Shown here: in pieces, positions 49,086-62,215 of the stretch
Position numbering within the stretch: position 1 is the first letter of the stretch
How the letters are laid out: every line of letters begins with the position of its first letter
Source of the DNA: Squalus acanthias
Lineage: Eukaryota
Assembly: GCA_030390025.1 (NCBI GenBank)
Contig: CM059432.1
Span: 110,858,001-110,922,000, forward strand
DNA length: 64,000 nucleotides
Direction: 5' to 3'
Notes under the pieces: generated by a model
Database searches by the model: none
What the model saw: only the letters and a program-made list of their open reading frames with translations
Told to the model about the DNA's origin: nothing
Program-made: the position numbers and the translations under genes

Positions 49086-49644
49086 CAGGGGAAAGCACAA
49101 CATAAAACACACAGTATATTGTCTCAGAACTGAAGTCGTGGAAAGTCATAGCATTTACAATGCTTAATAGATGTCAGACACCTTTTCAAATAACAGAAAG
49201 TATTTTAGCTGCTAATCACCTTTAGCTGTTTATGCTTTTCTGACCTTATTGCATTTGCTAAGCTCTGTGGTGCTTGGAAGGTATCTGTTGTGTATATAAT
49301 GCCTCTTAATTCAAGGCAGAAAATAACAAAGCAGCTTTTCCCTTCACCCAAATTACTGTGACTAAAAGTACAAAAAGTACTCCAAAATGATTTAATCTAG
49401 AATACTATACACTATCCAGTATTTACTCTCCTCGACATACTGAGGTCTTACAATAACAGGTTCATGGGTATCGTGGAAATTGATTAAATTATGGGCCTCA
49501 GTTTCCTTGTGTCCACTGATCCAAGACTTACAAAGACAGTCGCCACGCTATTGGGGCTACTCTTGGGATTAGTGAGTTCTCTGCAACATGCACATTTGTG
49601 CTTTTTTCCTAAAGCTTCTAGGCATGTAGATGAATTTAATACTT

Positions 49645-49865
49645 AGAATCATAGAAAGTTACGGCACAGAGGGAGGCCATTCGACCCATCATGTCTGTGC
49701 CAGCCGACAAAGAGCTATCCAGCCGAATCGCACTTTCTAGCTCTTGGTCCGTAGCCTTGCAGGATACGGCACTTCAAGTGGATATCCAAGTACTTTTTAA
49801 ATGCGATGAGGGTCTCTGCCTTTCCCACCCTTTCAGGCAGTGAATTCCAGACCCCCACCACCCTT
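49645..49865 (-). mobile_element. CR1 3' end fragment
   Basis: Antisense CR1 tail (TAGAATCATAGAA...GGAGGCCATTCG) and RVVGVWNSLP. Confidence 0.8.
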
Positions 49866-50589
49866 ACTGTTCAGCAGAAACTACCCAAGGTTCTGCTGCC
49901 TTGATCATCTTGACCTTCAATTTTAAAGCTCTGTTACATTAATTATGATTTACTTTTAGGACTTTTGGGATGGAGGCCCCTGGGCTCAGTGAGTAGATGA
50001 TGACCTAGACAGCTGACCTGATCTACTTCTATGCGCTGTATTCGAGCAATCCTTTGTGCCCAAGTGCAGCGATAGCAAAATCTGCCTACTACGGCAACAA
50101 CTGCACATTTTTTCCAGAAAATATGACTTTGTAAGGAAAAGATTACAAGCAGAAGTACATGGTAATCAAATTCAAGCATTTTCAACAGAGCAGCCAGCAG
50201 AAATAGTGAGGCTAATATGCAAAATGCAACAGTATTGTCCTAAAAGTGTAACTAGGGGGTGTGTTTAATAGTGCTTTGAATTTTATATTACATTTTATGG
50301 CATAGTATCAATTATAGAAGGCACATAATGCCATGATACTGGAACCATTGGTGCAACAAAATCAATTCGCCACACATCACCGAAACAGCAGCAAACTGCC
50401 AGCTTTCATGTTTAGTCTGCAGGATCATGAAGCAAAAATATTTGCTGCATTTATGCAACCCAGCCCATTTTGTTTTATTTGACAAATAGCTTAATAAAAA
50501 GCAAATATTATGGCGAATACAAGCTTGCAAATTGTGAATTAATTTTTGTAGCAGTAAACCACCATAAAAAGTGCGAGAAAGAAAAAAGA

Positions 50590-50790
50590 AAAAGAAAGTG
50601 CAAATGCTGGAAATCTGAAACAAAAGAGGAGAGCAGCAAGTCTGTCAGCATCTGTTAAAGAAAAGGCAGGTGAGTGTTTCGAGTGTCACCCTTGGTGAGA
50701 ATAAGTTCATACTGAAACTGTTAACTTGTCTTCTCTCTTTACAAACGCTGACTGCCCTGCTGTGTATCTCCAGCATTGCTGGCTTTTGCT
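50590..50790. mobile_element. Degenerate inverted pair of Penelope-type pLTR ends
   Basis: ATGCTGGAAATCTGAAA... and ...CTGCTG.GTAT.TCCAGCATT, both similar to the 47679-48201 termini. Confidence 0.55.
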
Positions 50791-51199
50791 ATTAAAAATT
50801 GTGATATTCACTTTGAAAGTATGTTGTTTAACTGACAGATAAATCCATACAGACAAATCTCTCTGCCGGAACACAGACTACATCTAACAGTAACTGGTGG
50901 AGGAGGCAATCAGCTCTTTCCCAATGCAATCTGTCAGAGGAACATCGGAATTGCAAGATGAAAGAAGATTACAGTCCAATTAATTCGCCTTCTACCATCC
51001 CAGTAGTCACATGATACAACGATAATGGAGTTGTTGACTAATCACAGCAATCAATCTCTGTCAATGAGTTTACAACAGACCCAGACATGAGGCGAGGAAA
51101 ACCCCAGTGGTGGAGAGCTTTGGGAACCATAGGTCCTAACTCACCTGTTTTTCCTGAGCACGCTACACTTACCACATGTCATGTCTCAAATTACTCAGA

Positions 51200-52277
51200 T
51201 TATTTTAACCCCCAAAATGGGTGGGTTTGGGTCAGGTGGGAAGTTAACATGTTAAAAATCTGAAACAGGAACCCAACCCGCCTCAAACTCAACCACTTCC
51301 GGTTTTAACGGAGGCGGGACGAGGGGCGGGCGACCAACCCACTCCCAGGAGGTGGGTTGGTCATTGAAATCTTTTAAAGGAGGCTGTGTGCCTTCATTTT
51401 AACATTGTTTATTGGCCGGGTTTCCCTGGCCTCGGGAAACCCAGCAGGTAAAAGGTGAGAAGGGCCGGATCCATCAGGTGCCTTTACAGCACTGCTTGTG
51501 GGCCAGGAGGAGCAGGAGTGTTTCCTCCAGGCCCAGGAAGCTAACCTGTAAACGTGAACCCCCCCACCCCCCCCACCCACCTCCATGATCGCTCCCTGAC
51601 CATAACTCCTTCCCCCACTTGGAAATCCTGCCCCAGTAAATGACAGGATCATTGTATCCCAAAATGTTATTTTCTGAAAGAAATCTATCTAATTTGCATT
51701 TGAATTAATCAATACTAACTGCTTCTACCATCTCTCTAGGGAGTCTGTTCCATAGATTGACCACTTGCTCACTGAAATATTGGCCTGGAATTGAACCACA
51801 CCCCCCGCCCCGCCCCACCCTGCATCGTAGAATTAACCGAATGTCAGGAGGGGCGCTGACAGGCCGAGGTATGTATTAAAGATCTGCAACTTTTAGAACA
51901 CCTTGTGGGCCAGGAGAAGCAGGAGTGCTCCTCCCAGGCTCCTCAAGGAGTCCTTGGGCCTCGCCAGCCCTGGCCTCCCCCCTCCCCCCACCCATCTAAC
52001 CCAGTCTCAATGGAAGCCCTGATTCACTCCTTCTACTGACTGCCGTGGACCGTCCCTACAGGTCTCCGGCTGCGGACTCCTGCCATGAAGTTCCGACTCC
52101 CATCCGCTGGCCAGGCAGTCAATCTGGCCGGATGTTGGATGGGAGTCAGCAAAGAGATATTTAAAAGAAGCCCTGCTGTTAGAATCGGCAGGATCGCCAC
52201 GTCCCCACCTTTCTAGGTTCGTCGCCCGCTAGCGGGTTTTCCTGCATCCTCCCCGCCCTCCCATTAGTATTGAGGCC
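51200..52277. mobile_element. Two older Harbinger-type MITEs (about 51200-51635 and 51782-52277)
   Basis: GC-rich, with a shared TTGTGGGCCAGGAG.AGCAGGAGTG block; the second has GGCCT...AGGCC ends with ATT/ACT flanks. Confidence 0.5.
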
Positions 52278-52419
52278 ACTGTCTCGATAGATTGTTTTCA
52301 ATTCATTCCCCTTCAAAGCAGGCCGTGTCATCTGGCTCTACTGTTCTGGCAAGGTGAGACAGCGTGTCATGGTCTACATTATCTGATCCCTTTAGAATCC
52401 TAAGAACTGCAATCAAGTC

Positions 52420-52812
52420 ACAGAACTACAGAAACTTACAGCACAGAGGAGGCCATTTGGCCCGTCGTGCCTGTGCTGGCTCTTTGAAAGAGCAGTCGTG
52501 CTCAGTCCCACACCCCCACCTTTTGTCCATAACCCTGTAAGTTCCTCATCCTCAAGAACCTGTCCAACTCCCTTCAAAATTATTTATGGAATCTGCTTCC
52601 ACCACCTTTTCAGGTCAAACGTTCCACATCCCGACAACGCTGTGAGTGAAAACATTGCTCCTCATCTCCCCTCTTAGATCTTTTTCCAACGATTTTAAAT
52701 CTATGACTTGTGGTTATTGGCCCACTCGCCAGAGGGAATAGTTTTTCTCTATCTACGCTATCAAAATCTCTCATCTTCTATTAGGTCCCCTCGTAACCTT
52801 CTCTGTTCCAGC
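52420..52812 (-). mobile_element. CR1 3' end fragment
   Basis: Antisense CR1 3'UTR and RT C-terminus. Confidence 0.75.
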
Positions 52813-55680
52813 GAGAACATAGAATCATAGACTAGTGCAGCACAGAAGGAGGCCATTCAGCCCATCGAATCTGCGCCGGCTCTTTCAAAGAGCAATCCAG
52901 TCAGTCCCACTCCCCCGCTCTTTCCCCATATCCCTGCAATTTTTCTCCTTCAAGTATTTATCCAATTCCCTTTATAAGGCTACTATTGAATCTGTATCCA
53001 CCACCCTATCAGGCAGCGCATTCCAAATCCTAACCACTCGTTGTGCAAAAAATGTTTTCCTCATGTCGCCTCTGGATCTTTTGCCAGTCACGTTACATCA
53101 GTGCCCTCTGGTTACTGACCGTTCAGCCATTAGAAACTATTTCTCATTATGTACTCTAGATAAACCCTACATGATTTTAAATACCTCTATCAAATCTCCT
53201 CTTAGCCTTCTCTGCTCCAAGGAGAACCCCAGTTTCTCCAGTCTATCCATGTAACTGTAATCCCTCATATCCCTCATTCCTGGAATCATACCAGAAAATT
53301 TCTTCTGTACCCTCTGCTAAGCCTTCACTTCTTTCCTGAAGTGTGGTGCCCAGAATTGTCCGCAATACTCCAGCTGAGGCCCAACCAATGATTCATAAAG
53401 TTCTAGCATGATCTCTTTGCTTTTATATTCTATGCCTCTGTTTATAAACCCAAGTAACCCATATGCTTTTTTAACAACCTTTAAGGATTTGTGTATATGG
53501 ACACCAAGGTGCACACTTTTCAAAATCGTGCCAGTTATAATACACTGTCTTTTCATATTAATCCTCCCAAAGTGCATCACTTCACACTATCATAAGATTT
53601 AGATTAGCAATGGAGAGGAGCAAGGAACAATCTAGAGTGAAACTTCTAAACTTGAATAGGGCTAACTTCAATGGGATGCGAAAGGAATAAGGTGCATGAA
53701 AGAGTGAGTGTGTTGGATATTACTAGAGAAGAAAGTAGTACTAAAGGCAGAAGTAGGACCATATTAGATAGGACAGACTAAGAAAGACTGTGAAAAATTC
53801 AAAAATAGGTTTAGAATGCATGTACGTAAACGCACAAAGTGTGGTGAATAAGGTTGGAGAGCTACAAGCACAATTAGCCATGTGGCAATATGATGTTGTG
53901 GCAATAACGGAAACATGGCTTAAAAACGGTGAGGACTGGGCACTTAATATTCAAGGGTACAAGGTGCTCAGGAAAGATAGGGAAGGAAAAAAGGGAGGTG
54001 GGGTGGCAGTGCTGATTAAGGAAGACATTGTAGTGTTGGAAAGGGAGAATGTTCTTGTGGGGACAAGGACAGAATCCATTTGGTTAGAGTTGAGGAGCAA
54101 AAAAGGGAATGATCACGCTATTGGGGGTATTCTATAGGCCTCAAATAGTGAGAGGGAGGTAGAGGAACAAATCTGCAAGGAAATCGCAGAGATATGCAAG
54201 AACTATAGAGTGGTGATATTGGGGGACTTTAATTACCCAAATATCGATTGCGATAATGCTAGGGTAAAGGGAAAGGAGGGGGAGGAATTTCTGAAATGTG
54301 TTCAAGAGAATTTCCTTGACCAGTATGTTCTTGGCCCAACTAGGAAGGCGGCATTGCTGGATCTGGTGCTGGGGAATGTGGTGGGCCAGGTCGACCAAGT
54401 GTCTATGGGAGAACACACGGGGACGAGTGATCATCTTATCATAAAATTTAGATTAGCAATGGAGTGGAGCAAGGAACAATCTAGAGTGGAACTTCTAAAC
54501 TGGAATAGGGCTAACTTCAATGGGATGCGAAAGGATCTAGCCAGGGTAAAATGGAACCAAAGACTGACAGGAAAAACTGCAACGGAACAATGGGTGATCT
54601 TTAAGGAGGAGATGTTCCAAGTACAGGCTAGGTACATTCCAACAAGAGGGAAGGGTAAGGGAACCAAAGCAAGGGCTCCTTGGATGACAAGGGAGATAGA
54701 GAAGATGATGAAACAAAAAAAGAGGGTGTATGATGCATGTCAGGTGAATTCTTCACGGGAGAACCAGACCAAGTGAAGTGAAGATGAAAATAAGATTGGC
54801 AAAGAGAGAATATGAGAGTAGAATGGCGGTTAACATAAAAGGGAACCCAAAAGTTTTCTACCGGCATGTAAACAGTAAGCGGGTAGTAAGAGGCAGGGTG
54901 GGGCCTATTAGCTACAAAGAAGGTGTTATATGCTTAGAGGCGCAGGGCAAGGTTAGAATACTCAATGAGTACTTTGTATCGGTGTTTACTAAGGAGGTGG
55001 ATGCTGACAAAATATCGGTAGCAGTGGAAAAGGTAGAAGCAATGGAAGGGGTGAAAATTGATAGATAGGATTTACTAGAAAGGCTGGGTATGCTTAAAGT
55101 GGATAAGTCGCCTGGTCCAGAAGGCTTGCATAGCAAGTTGCTAAGGGAATTGGGGGAGGAGATAGCGGAAGGGCTTGCCATAATTTCCCAATCTTCCCTA
55201 GATGCGGGGGAGGTGCCTGAGGATTGGAAAGTGGCAAATGTGACACAATTGTTCAAGAAAGGGTGCAAGGACAATCCTAGTAACTACAGGCTGGTCAGTT
55301 TAACATCAGTGGTAAAGTTTTAGAACAATAATCAAGGAAAAAATTACCGGACCCTTGGAGAGGTTTAAGCTAATTAAGGAGAGCCAACACGGATTTGTAA
55401 AAGGCAGATCGTGTTTGACTAATCTAATTGAATTTTTGATGAAGTGAATGCCATGGATGTTGTCTACATGGATTTTCGGAAAGTGTTTGACAAAGAATCA
55501 CATAGAAGGCTAGTTAACAAAATTGAGGCTCATGGAATAGGTGGGTGAGTGGCAGCTTGGATAAGGAATTGGCTTAAGGACAGAAAACAGTAACTTGTGG
55601 TAAATGGCTGTTTTTCAGACTGAAGGATGGTAGACAGTGGTGTTCCCCATGGGTCAGTGCTGGGGCCACTGCTTTTTTTG

Positions 55681-55703
55681 ATATATATATATATATATAT
55701 ATA
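55681..55703. repeat. (AT)n microsatellite inside CR1 RT
   Basis: About 11 AT units; only about 4 units at the equivalent site in copy A (near 13119). Confidence 0.9.
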
Positions 55704-56495
55704 AAAAATATAAATGACCTGGATATTGGAATACAGAATAACATTTCTAAATTTGCCGATGACAAACTTGAGGGTGTGGCAAACGGTGATGATGATACCA
55801 ATCGACTGCAACATGACATAGCTAGCAGAATGGGCAGACAAGTGGCAGATGGAATTTAATACAGAGAAGTGTGAGATGATGCATTTTGGCAGAAGGAACA
55901 GGGAGAGGCAATATACACTTAATGGCACTGTTTTAAAGAATGTGCAGGGACGGAGGAACCTGGGAGTTAATGTGCATAGGTCCCTGAAGGCAGGATATAT
56001 TGAGAGTGGTTAACAAAGCATTTGGAATCTTGGGCTTCATAAATAGAGGTATTGAGTACAAAAGTAGAGAAGTTATGCTGAACCTTTATAAAGCGCTGGT
56101 TAGGCCACAACTGGAGTATTGCGTCCAGTTCTGGTCACCACACTTTAGGAAGGATGTGAAGGCACTTGAGAGGGTGCAGAGGAGATTTACCAGAATGGTT
56201 CCAGGGATGGGGGATCTTAGCTACAAGGACAGGTTGGAGAAGCTGGATTTGTTTTCATTAGAGCAAAGGAGGTTGAGGGGTAATTTGATAGAGGTGTACA
56301 AGATTATGACGGGTTTGGATAGGCTAGACGTGGTAAGGCTGTTCCCACTAGTTGATAGTACAAGGACTAGGGGACACAGATTTAAGGTTTTGGGCAAGAG
56401 ATACAGGGGGGATGTGAGGAAAAACCTTTTTTGCGCAGTGAGTGGTGAGGACCTGGAACTCGCTGCCGACGGAAGTGGTGGAAGTCGAAACACTC

Positions 56496-57380
56496 GGGGA
56501 GAAATTCAGTATCGCCCCATTTGGGGCGCAATTATCGGCCGGGCGCAAAGATTAGCGCCCGGCGCTAATTATCGCCACCGACTGCAAACTTGACTTTTAT
56601 CGCCCCTGGAGGTGATTGGAGCACTAAATCAGGCGCTTCACACCTGTCTTAAGGCGCAAAGGCCGAGGAGCGAGGCGCTACCTCAGAGTGCTGGCGAAGC
56701 TCATGTGATGTCAGTCAGCAATGGAACACACACACAATGGCACGGACCACTTCTTAAAGGGGATGGTTGATCTTGCTTCCCATCCACATCCTGCTCATTG
56801 CAGCTTTGAATCTCGGCCTGGAGAGACCTGCACATCAAATCTGCTGGAAAGAACAATGGAGAGTACCAGGCAAAGAGCTCAGAGTGCAGCCCCCACAATC
56901 TCTTCTAAATCGATACAAGGAATGGCAAATCAAAATGAACCTGCAAAGTGCTGCTCAGTACCAAAAACTACTTCACACAGCGTTGAATCTCTCCAGAAGT
57001 CTCTCTCTCTCAGAATGCGTGGTTCAAAAATGGCACCAACAATAAAAGGCAGGAAGCGGTCGCCTTTAAATAGCGCTCCCCCAGTCCCTTCATGACTGCA
57101 AAACGCTCCCCTCAACCTGTCGTTGCTAGCGTCAGGCGGTAAGGCAGGGGGCGCTACTCAATATCCGCTCCGGGGCGATACCGGGGCGTTGCGCACTCGA
57201 CTGACGTCACGATCTGCCGGCGCAGGAGATAGTGGCGGTAGTGTTTAGCGCCGCCGCAAAATGTCTAGTTAATTTCGCGAGCGGCGCAAACATCGCCGCG
57301 CCTGGGCGCTAGATGCTTTGCGCCCCATTAGCGCCCTCTTAAGGCGCTAACGGGAGGCACAACCAACTGAATTTTTCCCC
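56496..57380 (+). mobile_element. Non-autonomous Harbinger derivative (885 bp), TSD CTC
   Basis: TIRs GGGGAGAAATTCAGT and ACTGAATTTTTCCCC; CTC on both sides; empty site in copy A near 13908. The left ~380 bp aligns with the element at 61871, up to the Myb start (MESTRQRAQ at 56856). Confidence 0.93.
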
Positions 57381-59641
57381 CTCAATGTTTTCAAGGAGAG
57401 ACTGGATAGGCACTTGAGAGAAATAAACTTGCAGGGCTACGGGGATAGAGCGGGGGAATAGGACTGACTGGATTGCTCTACAGAGAGCTGGCGCGGTGTC
57501 GATGGGCCAAATGGCCTCCTTCTGTGTCGTTATGACTCTATGACTTCTCTGCATTGAACTCCATCTGCCATGCTTCTGCCCATTTCACCATCCTATCTAT
57601 GTCATCCTGAAGTCTACAACTATCCTCATCACTATCTATTACTTTGCCAAGTTTTGGATCATCTGCAAACTTTATAATGCTGCTCCCTACACCAGAGTTT
57701 AGGTAGTTTATAAAAATTAAAAAGAGTAATGGACCCAAAACTGACCCTTGGGGAACACCACTGCAAACCACCTCCAAGTCTGAAAAACATCCATCCATCC
57801 ACCACCCTTTGCTTCCCGTCACTGAGCCAATTCCCTATCCATTCCGTCACTTTCCCCTTGATTCCATGGGCTTCCATCTTCTTAACAAGCCTCCTGTGTG
57901 GCACTTTGTCAAATGCCTTCTGATAGTCCCGATATACAACATCTACTGCACTACCTTAATCAACCTTCTCTGTTACCTTATCAAAGAATTCATAAAGTTA
58001 GTCAGACACAATTTACCTTTAACAGATCCATGCTAGCTCTCCTTGATTAACCCATGCCTTTCCAAATGAAAGTTTATTTTGTCCCTGATAATGGTTTCCA
58101 ATAACTTCCCCACCACCGATGTTAGGCTGACTGGCCTGTAGTTTCCTGGTTTATCCCTCTCCCCTTTCTCGAATAGAAGTATAACATTAGCAACCCCCCA
58201 GTCCTCCAGCACTACTCCTGTATCCAATGAGGATTGAAAGATTGTGACCAATGCCTCTGCTATTTCTACCTTTGCTTCTTTCAGTGACCTAGGATGCATT
58301 CCATCTGGACCAACTTTCAGTAATGCTAATATTTTTAGAACGTCTTCTCTATTACTATCCTGTCAATAACTTCCCTCTCCTCTTTTAGTGTAACCTTCAC
58401 ATCATCCGCTTCCTTTGTGAAGACAGATACAAAGTACTCATTTAATACTTTAGTTATGTCCTCTGCCTCTACATGAAGATTTCCCTTTGGGTCCTTAATA
58501 GGCCCAACTTTTTCCATAGCAAACCTCTTACACTTTATATGTTTTTAAAATATTTGAGGGTTCAAGTTAATGTTGCCTGCTAATCTTTTCTCGTAATCTC
58601 TCTTTGCCTCCCATATTAATTTTTTCAATTCCCTCCTGTACTTTCCATAATCTTCCTGGTTATTAACTGAATCTTGCACTTGACAGTGATCATAAGCCTC
58701 TTTTTCCAGTTTTATTTTAACTTTTATTTCCTTTGTCATCCAGGGCACATTAGCTTTGGATGCTCTACCTTTTCCCTTCAAAGGAATAGGCCGAGTGTGT
58801 ATCTGAACTATCTCTTCCCTGAATGCCCTTCATTGCTCCGTTACTGCTTTACCCTGCAATCGCCTTTTCCAATCTACTTGTGCTAGATTCCTTCTTAAAT
58901 CACTGAAATTAGCTCTTCCCCAGTTGAGCATTTTTAGTTTCAATGTTTTCTGGTCTCTTTCCATAATTACTTTAAACCGAATGATGTTGTGGTCACTTTT
59001 AGCTGGATGATCTCCTACTGTAACACACTCCACTCAACCTACTTCATTTCCCAGAACCAGATCCAGCACTGCTTCCTTCCTTGTTGGACTGGAGACATAT
59101 TGATCGAGAAAGTTCTCCTGTACGTGTATCAGAAATTCTCTCCTTCCCTACCCTTAGCACTATGTTTTCCCCAGATATTAATACCTAATATCACTACTAT
59201 ATTTTTGTTACACACCTTTGAAATTTGCCAATACATTTGCTCATCTATCTCCTTCTCACTGTTTGGAGCTCTATAAAAAACTCCCAGCAATGTAACAGCT
59301 CTCCCTCTGTTGCTCAACTCAAGCCAAATAGATTCAGGCCCAGAACCATCTAGTACATCCTTTCTATTTAGAAGTGCAACATCATCCTTAATCAATACAG
59401 CCACGCCCCCTCCTCTTTTTCCTATCACCTCTTAACTCTCTCTTTTCCAGTGAGAGTATGCTCGCTCCTCATAATCCAGTCCCTCCCTTTCCTCAATCAT
59501 TCTGGTTGCCCCCTTCTGTATCCTTTCAATAGCTGCAATATCTTTTTTGTACTGGGCCACCAGAACTGTACACATTACTCGAAGTGCGGTTGCACCAATG
59601 ATATAGAAAGTGACAGGATTACCTCAGTATTTCAGCTCATT

Positions 59642-60295
59642 GGGCTGGAAATTGCGGTTGGAGGCTTCCCGCGGGCGAATGCCTCCGAACCGCAAGAAAT
59701 GTACGCACCTACTTGCTGCCTCCGTATCTTCGAAGACTCGCACTCCTGGGCCTGCAGGCATAAGCCTGTGTAAAGGCCCACGTATCCCAGGGGTGCACGC
59801 AGTTCGCAAGCGTCCCTGGGAATCACGTGGGCCGGCCCAACCAATACTTATGGAGATTCCATTTACGTACAGAATCCCCAGGAGCAGAATAGGAATCACA
59901 TTAAAAAAACACACTATCACAGCACTGAAATAAAAATAAATCATCACATGGTCAAAATTAATTAAAATACAATTTAATTAAACATTTAAAACAAAAATTA
60001 CATTTTTTGAAAAAACAAAGGTAAACATTTTTCAAGAGGCCAAAAATAACCTCAACTAATTTTAAGGTTTTTGTATGGTTAAATCATTCAAAAAAATTAT
60101 TTTAATATTTATTTAAACCCTTATGCTGGTAAAAGAAGGCCTTTACCAGGCGTACGGGTTTCCTGGGTATTCGCTGGTCAGTAGTTGGGCAAATAGCCCA
60201 GCCCTGCACCAGCAAATGTCCATTTCCCGGGGATGGGTACGATCTGTCAAGCTGAAACTTGACAGATGGCAAATTCCGGGTTTTCACGTATCGCG
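59642..60295 (+). mobile_element. Harbinger-type MITE (family of 17027-17690), right end displaced by a CR1 insertion
   Basis: Starts GGGCTGGAAATTGCG; colinear with 17027 through the AT-rich centre. Confidence 0.8.
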
Positions 60296-61870
60296 TGAGT
60301 GCGAGCCAGCACTGAGTGCAAGTCAGCAGAGAGTGCTGTGAGTTTGGGTAAGTGGGAGTAGTTCTTTAATTGTTAGTTCTCTTTAAATCATTCTTGATAA
60401 GAGTACTTAAGGAGTTTAAGTGAAGGGGAAAAGTTAACTATTTGGGATTCTGTTGGTTTAAGAAGAGTAAAACAAGGTTACACTGCAGTAGCAGTAAATT
60501 GGCACAGCAGGCAGTGGAAACCAGTTTTCTAATCAATCAGCAGGGGTCAAAGTCAGAGGGCGGGGCCAATTCATTGGTACCCGTATATAGGTGGAGCTGT
60601 TGCTAAGCCCGAAACACTACACTAGTAGTGTCTCCCACCTCCTCTAACCTTTAGGGGTAGAGGGAATTTAAAAGGTAGGTTCGATTTATATTTTGTTTTC
60701 CGGGACTTAACTTAATAAAGTAATATAAGGGTTAAGTCATGGCAGGAAATCTCGGAACCGTGTCGTGCTCCTCCTGTGCTATGTGGGAAATCAGGGACAC
60801 TTCCAGTGTCCCTGACAACTATGTGTGCAGGAAGTGCGTCCAGCTGCAGCTCCTGACGGACCGCATGGCGGCACTGGAGCTGCGGATGGACTCACTCTGG
60901 AGCATCCACGATGCCGAGAACTTTGTGGATTACTCATTTAGTGGGTTGAACACACCGCGGGTAAAGGCTAGGTCAGACAGTAAATGGGTGACCAAGAGGC
61001 AGGGCAATATCAGGAAGGTAGTGCAGGAGTCCCCTGCGGTCGTCTCCCTCCAAAACAGATATACCATTTTGGATACTGTTGGGGGAAATGACCTACCAGG
61101 GGAAGGCACCAGCAGCCAGGTTCATGGCAACATGGCTGGCTCTGCTGCACAGCAGGGCGGGAAAAAGAGTGGTAGAGCTATAGTGATAGGGGACTCAATT
61201 GTAAGAGGAATAGACAGGAGTTTCTGTGGCCGCAACCGAGATTCCAGGATGGTATGTTGCCTCCCTGGTGCAAGGGTCAAGGATGTCTCAGAGCGGCTGC
61301 AGAACATTCTGGAAAGGGAGGGTGAAGAGCCAGCTGTCGTGGTGCATGTAGGTACCAACGATATAGGTAAAAAGCGGGAAGAGGTCCTACAAGCAGAATT
61401 TAGGGAGCTAGGAGCTAAATTGAAAAGTAGGACCTCAAAGGTAGTAATCTCTGGGTTGCTACCAGTGCCACGTGCTAATCAGAGTAGCATGAACAGGATA
61501 GCGAGATTAAATACGTGGCTTGAGCAGTGGTGCAGGAGGGAGGGATTCAAATACCTGAGGCATTGGAACCAGTTCTGGGGGAAGTGGGACCTGTACAAAA
61601 GGGACGGTCTGCACTTGGGCAGGATTGGAACCGATGTCCTCGGGGTAATATTTGCTAAGGCAGTTCGGGAGGATTTAAACTAATATGGCAGGGGAATGGG
61701 AACCTATGTAGCGAAACAGGGGGAAGTAATATGCAGTCAGAAACAAATGTTAGAAGGGTGAGAAACAATAAGGGAAATCCGAGTAAACAAAGGCAAGAAA
61801 CACAAAGGGCCATACTAAATCATAAGTCTAAAAGGACAAAGGGTGTTAATAAAACAAGCCTAAAGGCTCT
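60296..61870 (+). mobile_element. 5' part of a probably full-length CR1 (5'UTR, ORF1, start of ORF2), interrupted by a Harbinger element
   Basis: About 440-bp 5'UTR with GGGCGGGG/CCAAT boxes, intact ORF1, and an ORF2 leader ending ...TSLKAL just before the expected endonuclease start. Confidence 0.85.
60739..61683 (+). CDS. CR1 ORF1 protein: zinc finger (CxxC...CxxC), leucine zipper, SGNH esterase
   Basis: Uninterrupted 314 aa; CSSC and CRKC, heptad LQLLTDRMAALELRMDSL, GDSIVR, HVGTND, DGLH. Confidence 0.92.
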   Translation: MAGNLGTVSCSSCAMWEIRDTSSVPDNYVCRKCVQLQLLTDRMAALELRMDSLWSIHDAENFVDYSFSGLNTPRVKARSDSKWVTKRQGNIRKVVQESPAVVSLQNRYTILDTVGGNDLPGEGTSSQVHGNMAGSAAQQGGKKSGRAIVIGDSIVRGIDRSFCGRNRDSRMVCCLPGARVKDVSERLQNILEREGEEPAVVVHVGTNDIGKKREEVLQAEFRELGAKLKSRTSKVVISGLLPVPRANQSSMNRIARLNTWLEQWCRREGFKYLRHWNQFWGKWDLYKRDGLHLGRIGTDVLGVIFAKAVREDLN

Positions 61871-61929
61871 GGGGGAAAAATTAGGTCGCGCCCCGTTTGG
61901 GGCGCAAATATCGTCTGGACGCAAATATT

Positions 61930-62215
61930 GCGGGTTAGGTTGATTTGGCTATGATAAATTGACCCTTAATGTTAGGGGGGGATTAAATATGTGGGGTTAT
62001 GGGGATAGGATGGGATATGTTAGGGGGAATTAAATACGTGGGGTTACGGGGGTAGGGTGGGATATGGGTAGGGTGGGATATGTGTACTGTGGGGATTAAA
62101 ACAGGGACGGGGTGCTGGATTTGGATGATCAGCCATGATCGTATTGAATGATGGAGCAGGCTCGACGGGCCGAATGGCCTACTCCTGCTCCTAGTTTCTA
62201 TGTTTCTATGTTTCT
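61930..62215 (+). mobile_element. HE1/V-SINE-like fragment joined to a CR1 3' tail, TSD ATATT
   Basis: GGTTAGGT.GATT.GGC.ATG.TAAATTG.CCCTTA and ATGTGGGGTTATGGGGATAGG blocks (recalled HE1 similarity); (TTTCTATG)n tail; ATATT at 61925-61929 and 62216-62220. Confidence 0.65.

Larger units (their letters stand above)
53589..57545 (+). mobile_element. CR1 LINE copy B (ORF2 plus 3'UTR), same subfamily as copy A
   Basis: Long near-identity to 10263-14069; multiple frameshifts; tail TATGACTCTATGACT; interrupted by 56496-57380. Confidence 0.95.
52815..59430 (-). mobile_element. Antisense CR1 (decayed ORF2 EN-RT-3'UTR) split by CR1 copy B into 57546-59430 and 52815-53588
   Basis: The minus-strand text WQMEFNAEK (ending near 57546) continues as CEVMHFG (from 53588); APE and RT motifs throughout. 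Confidence 0.88.
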
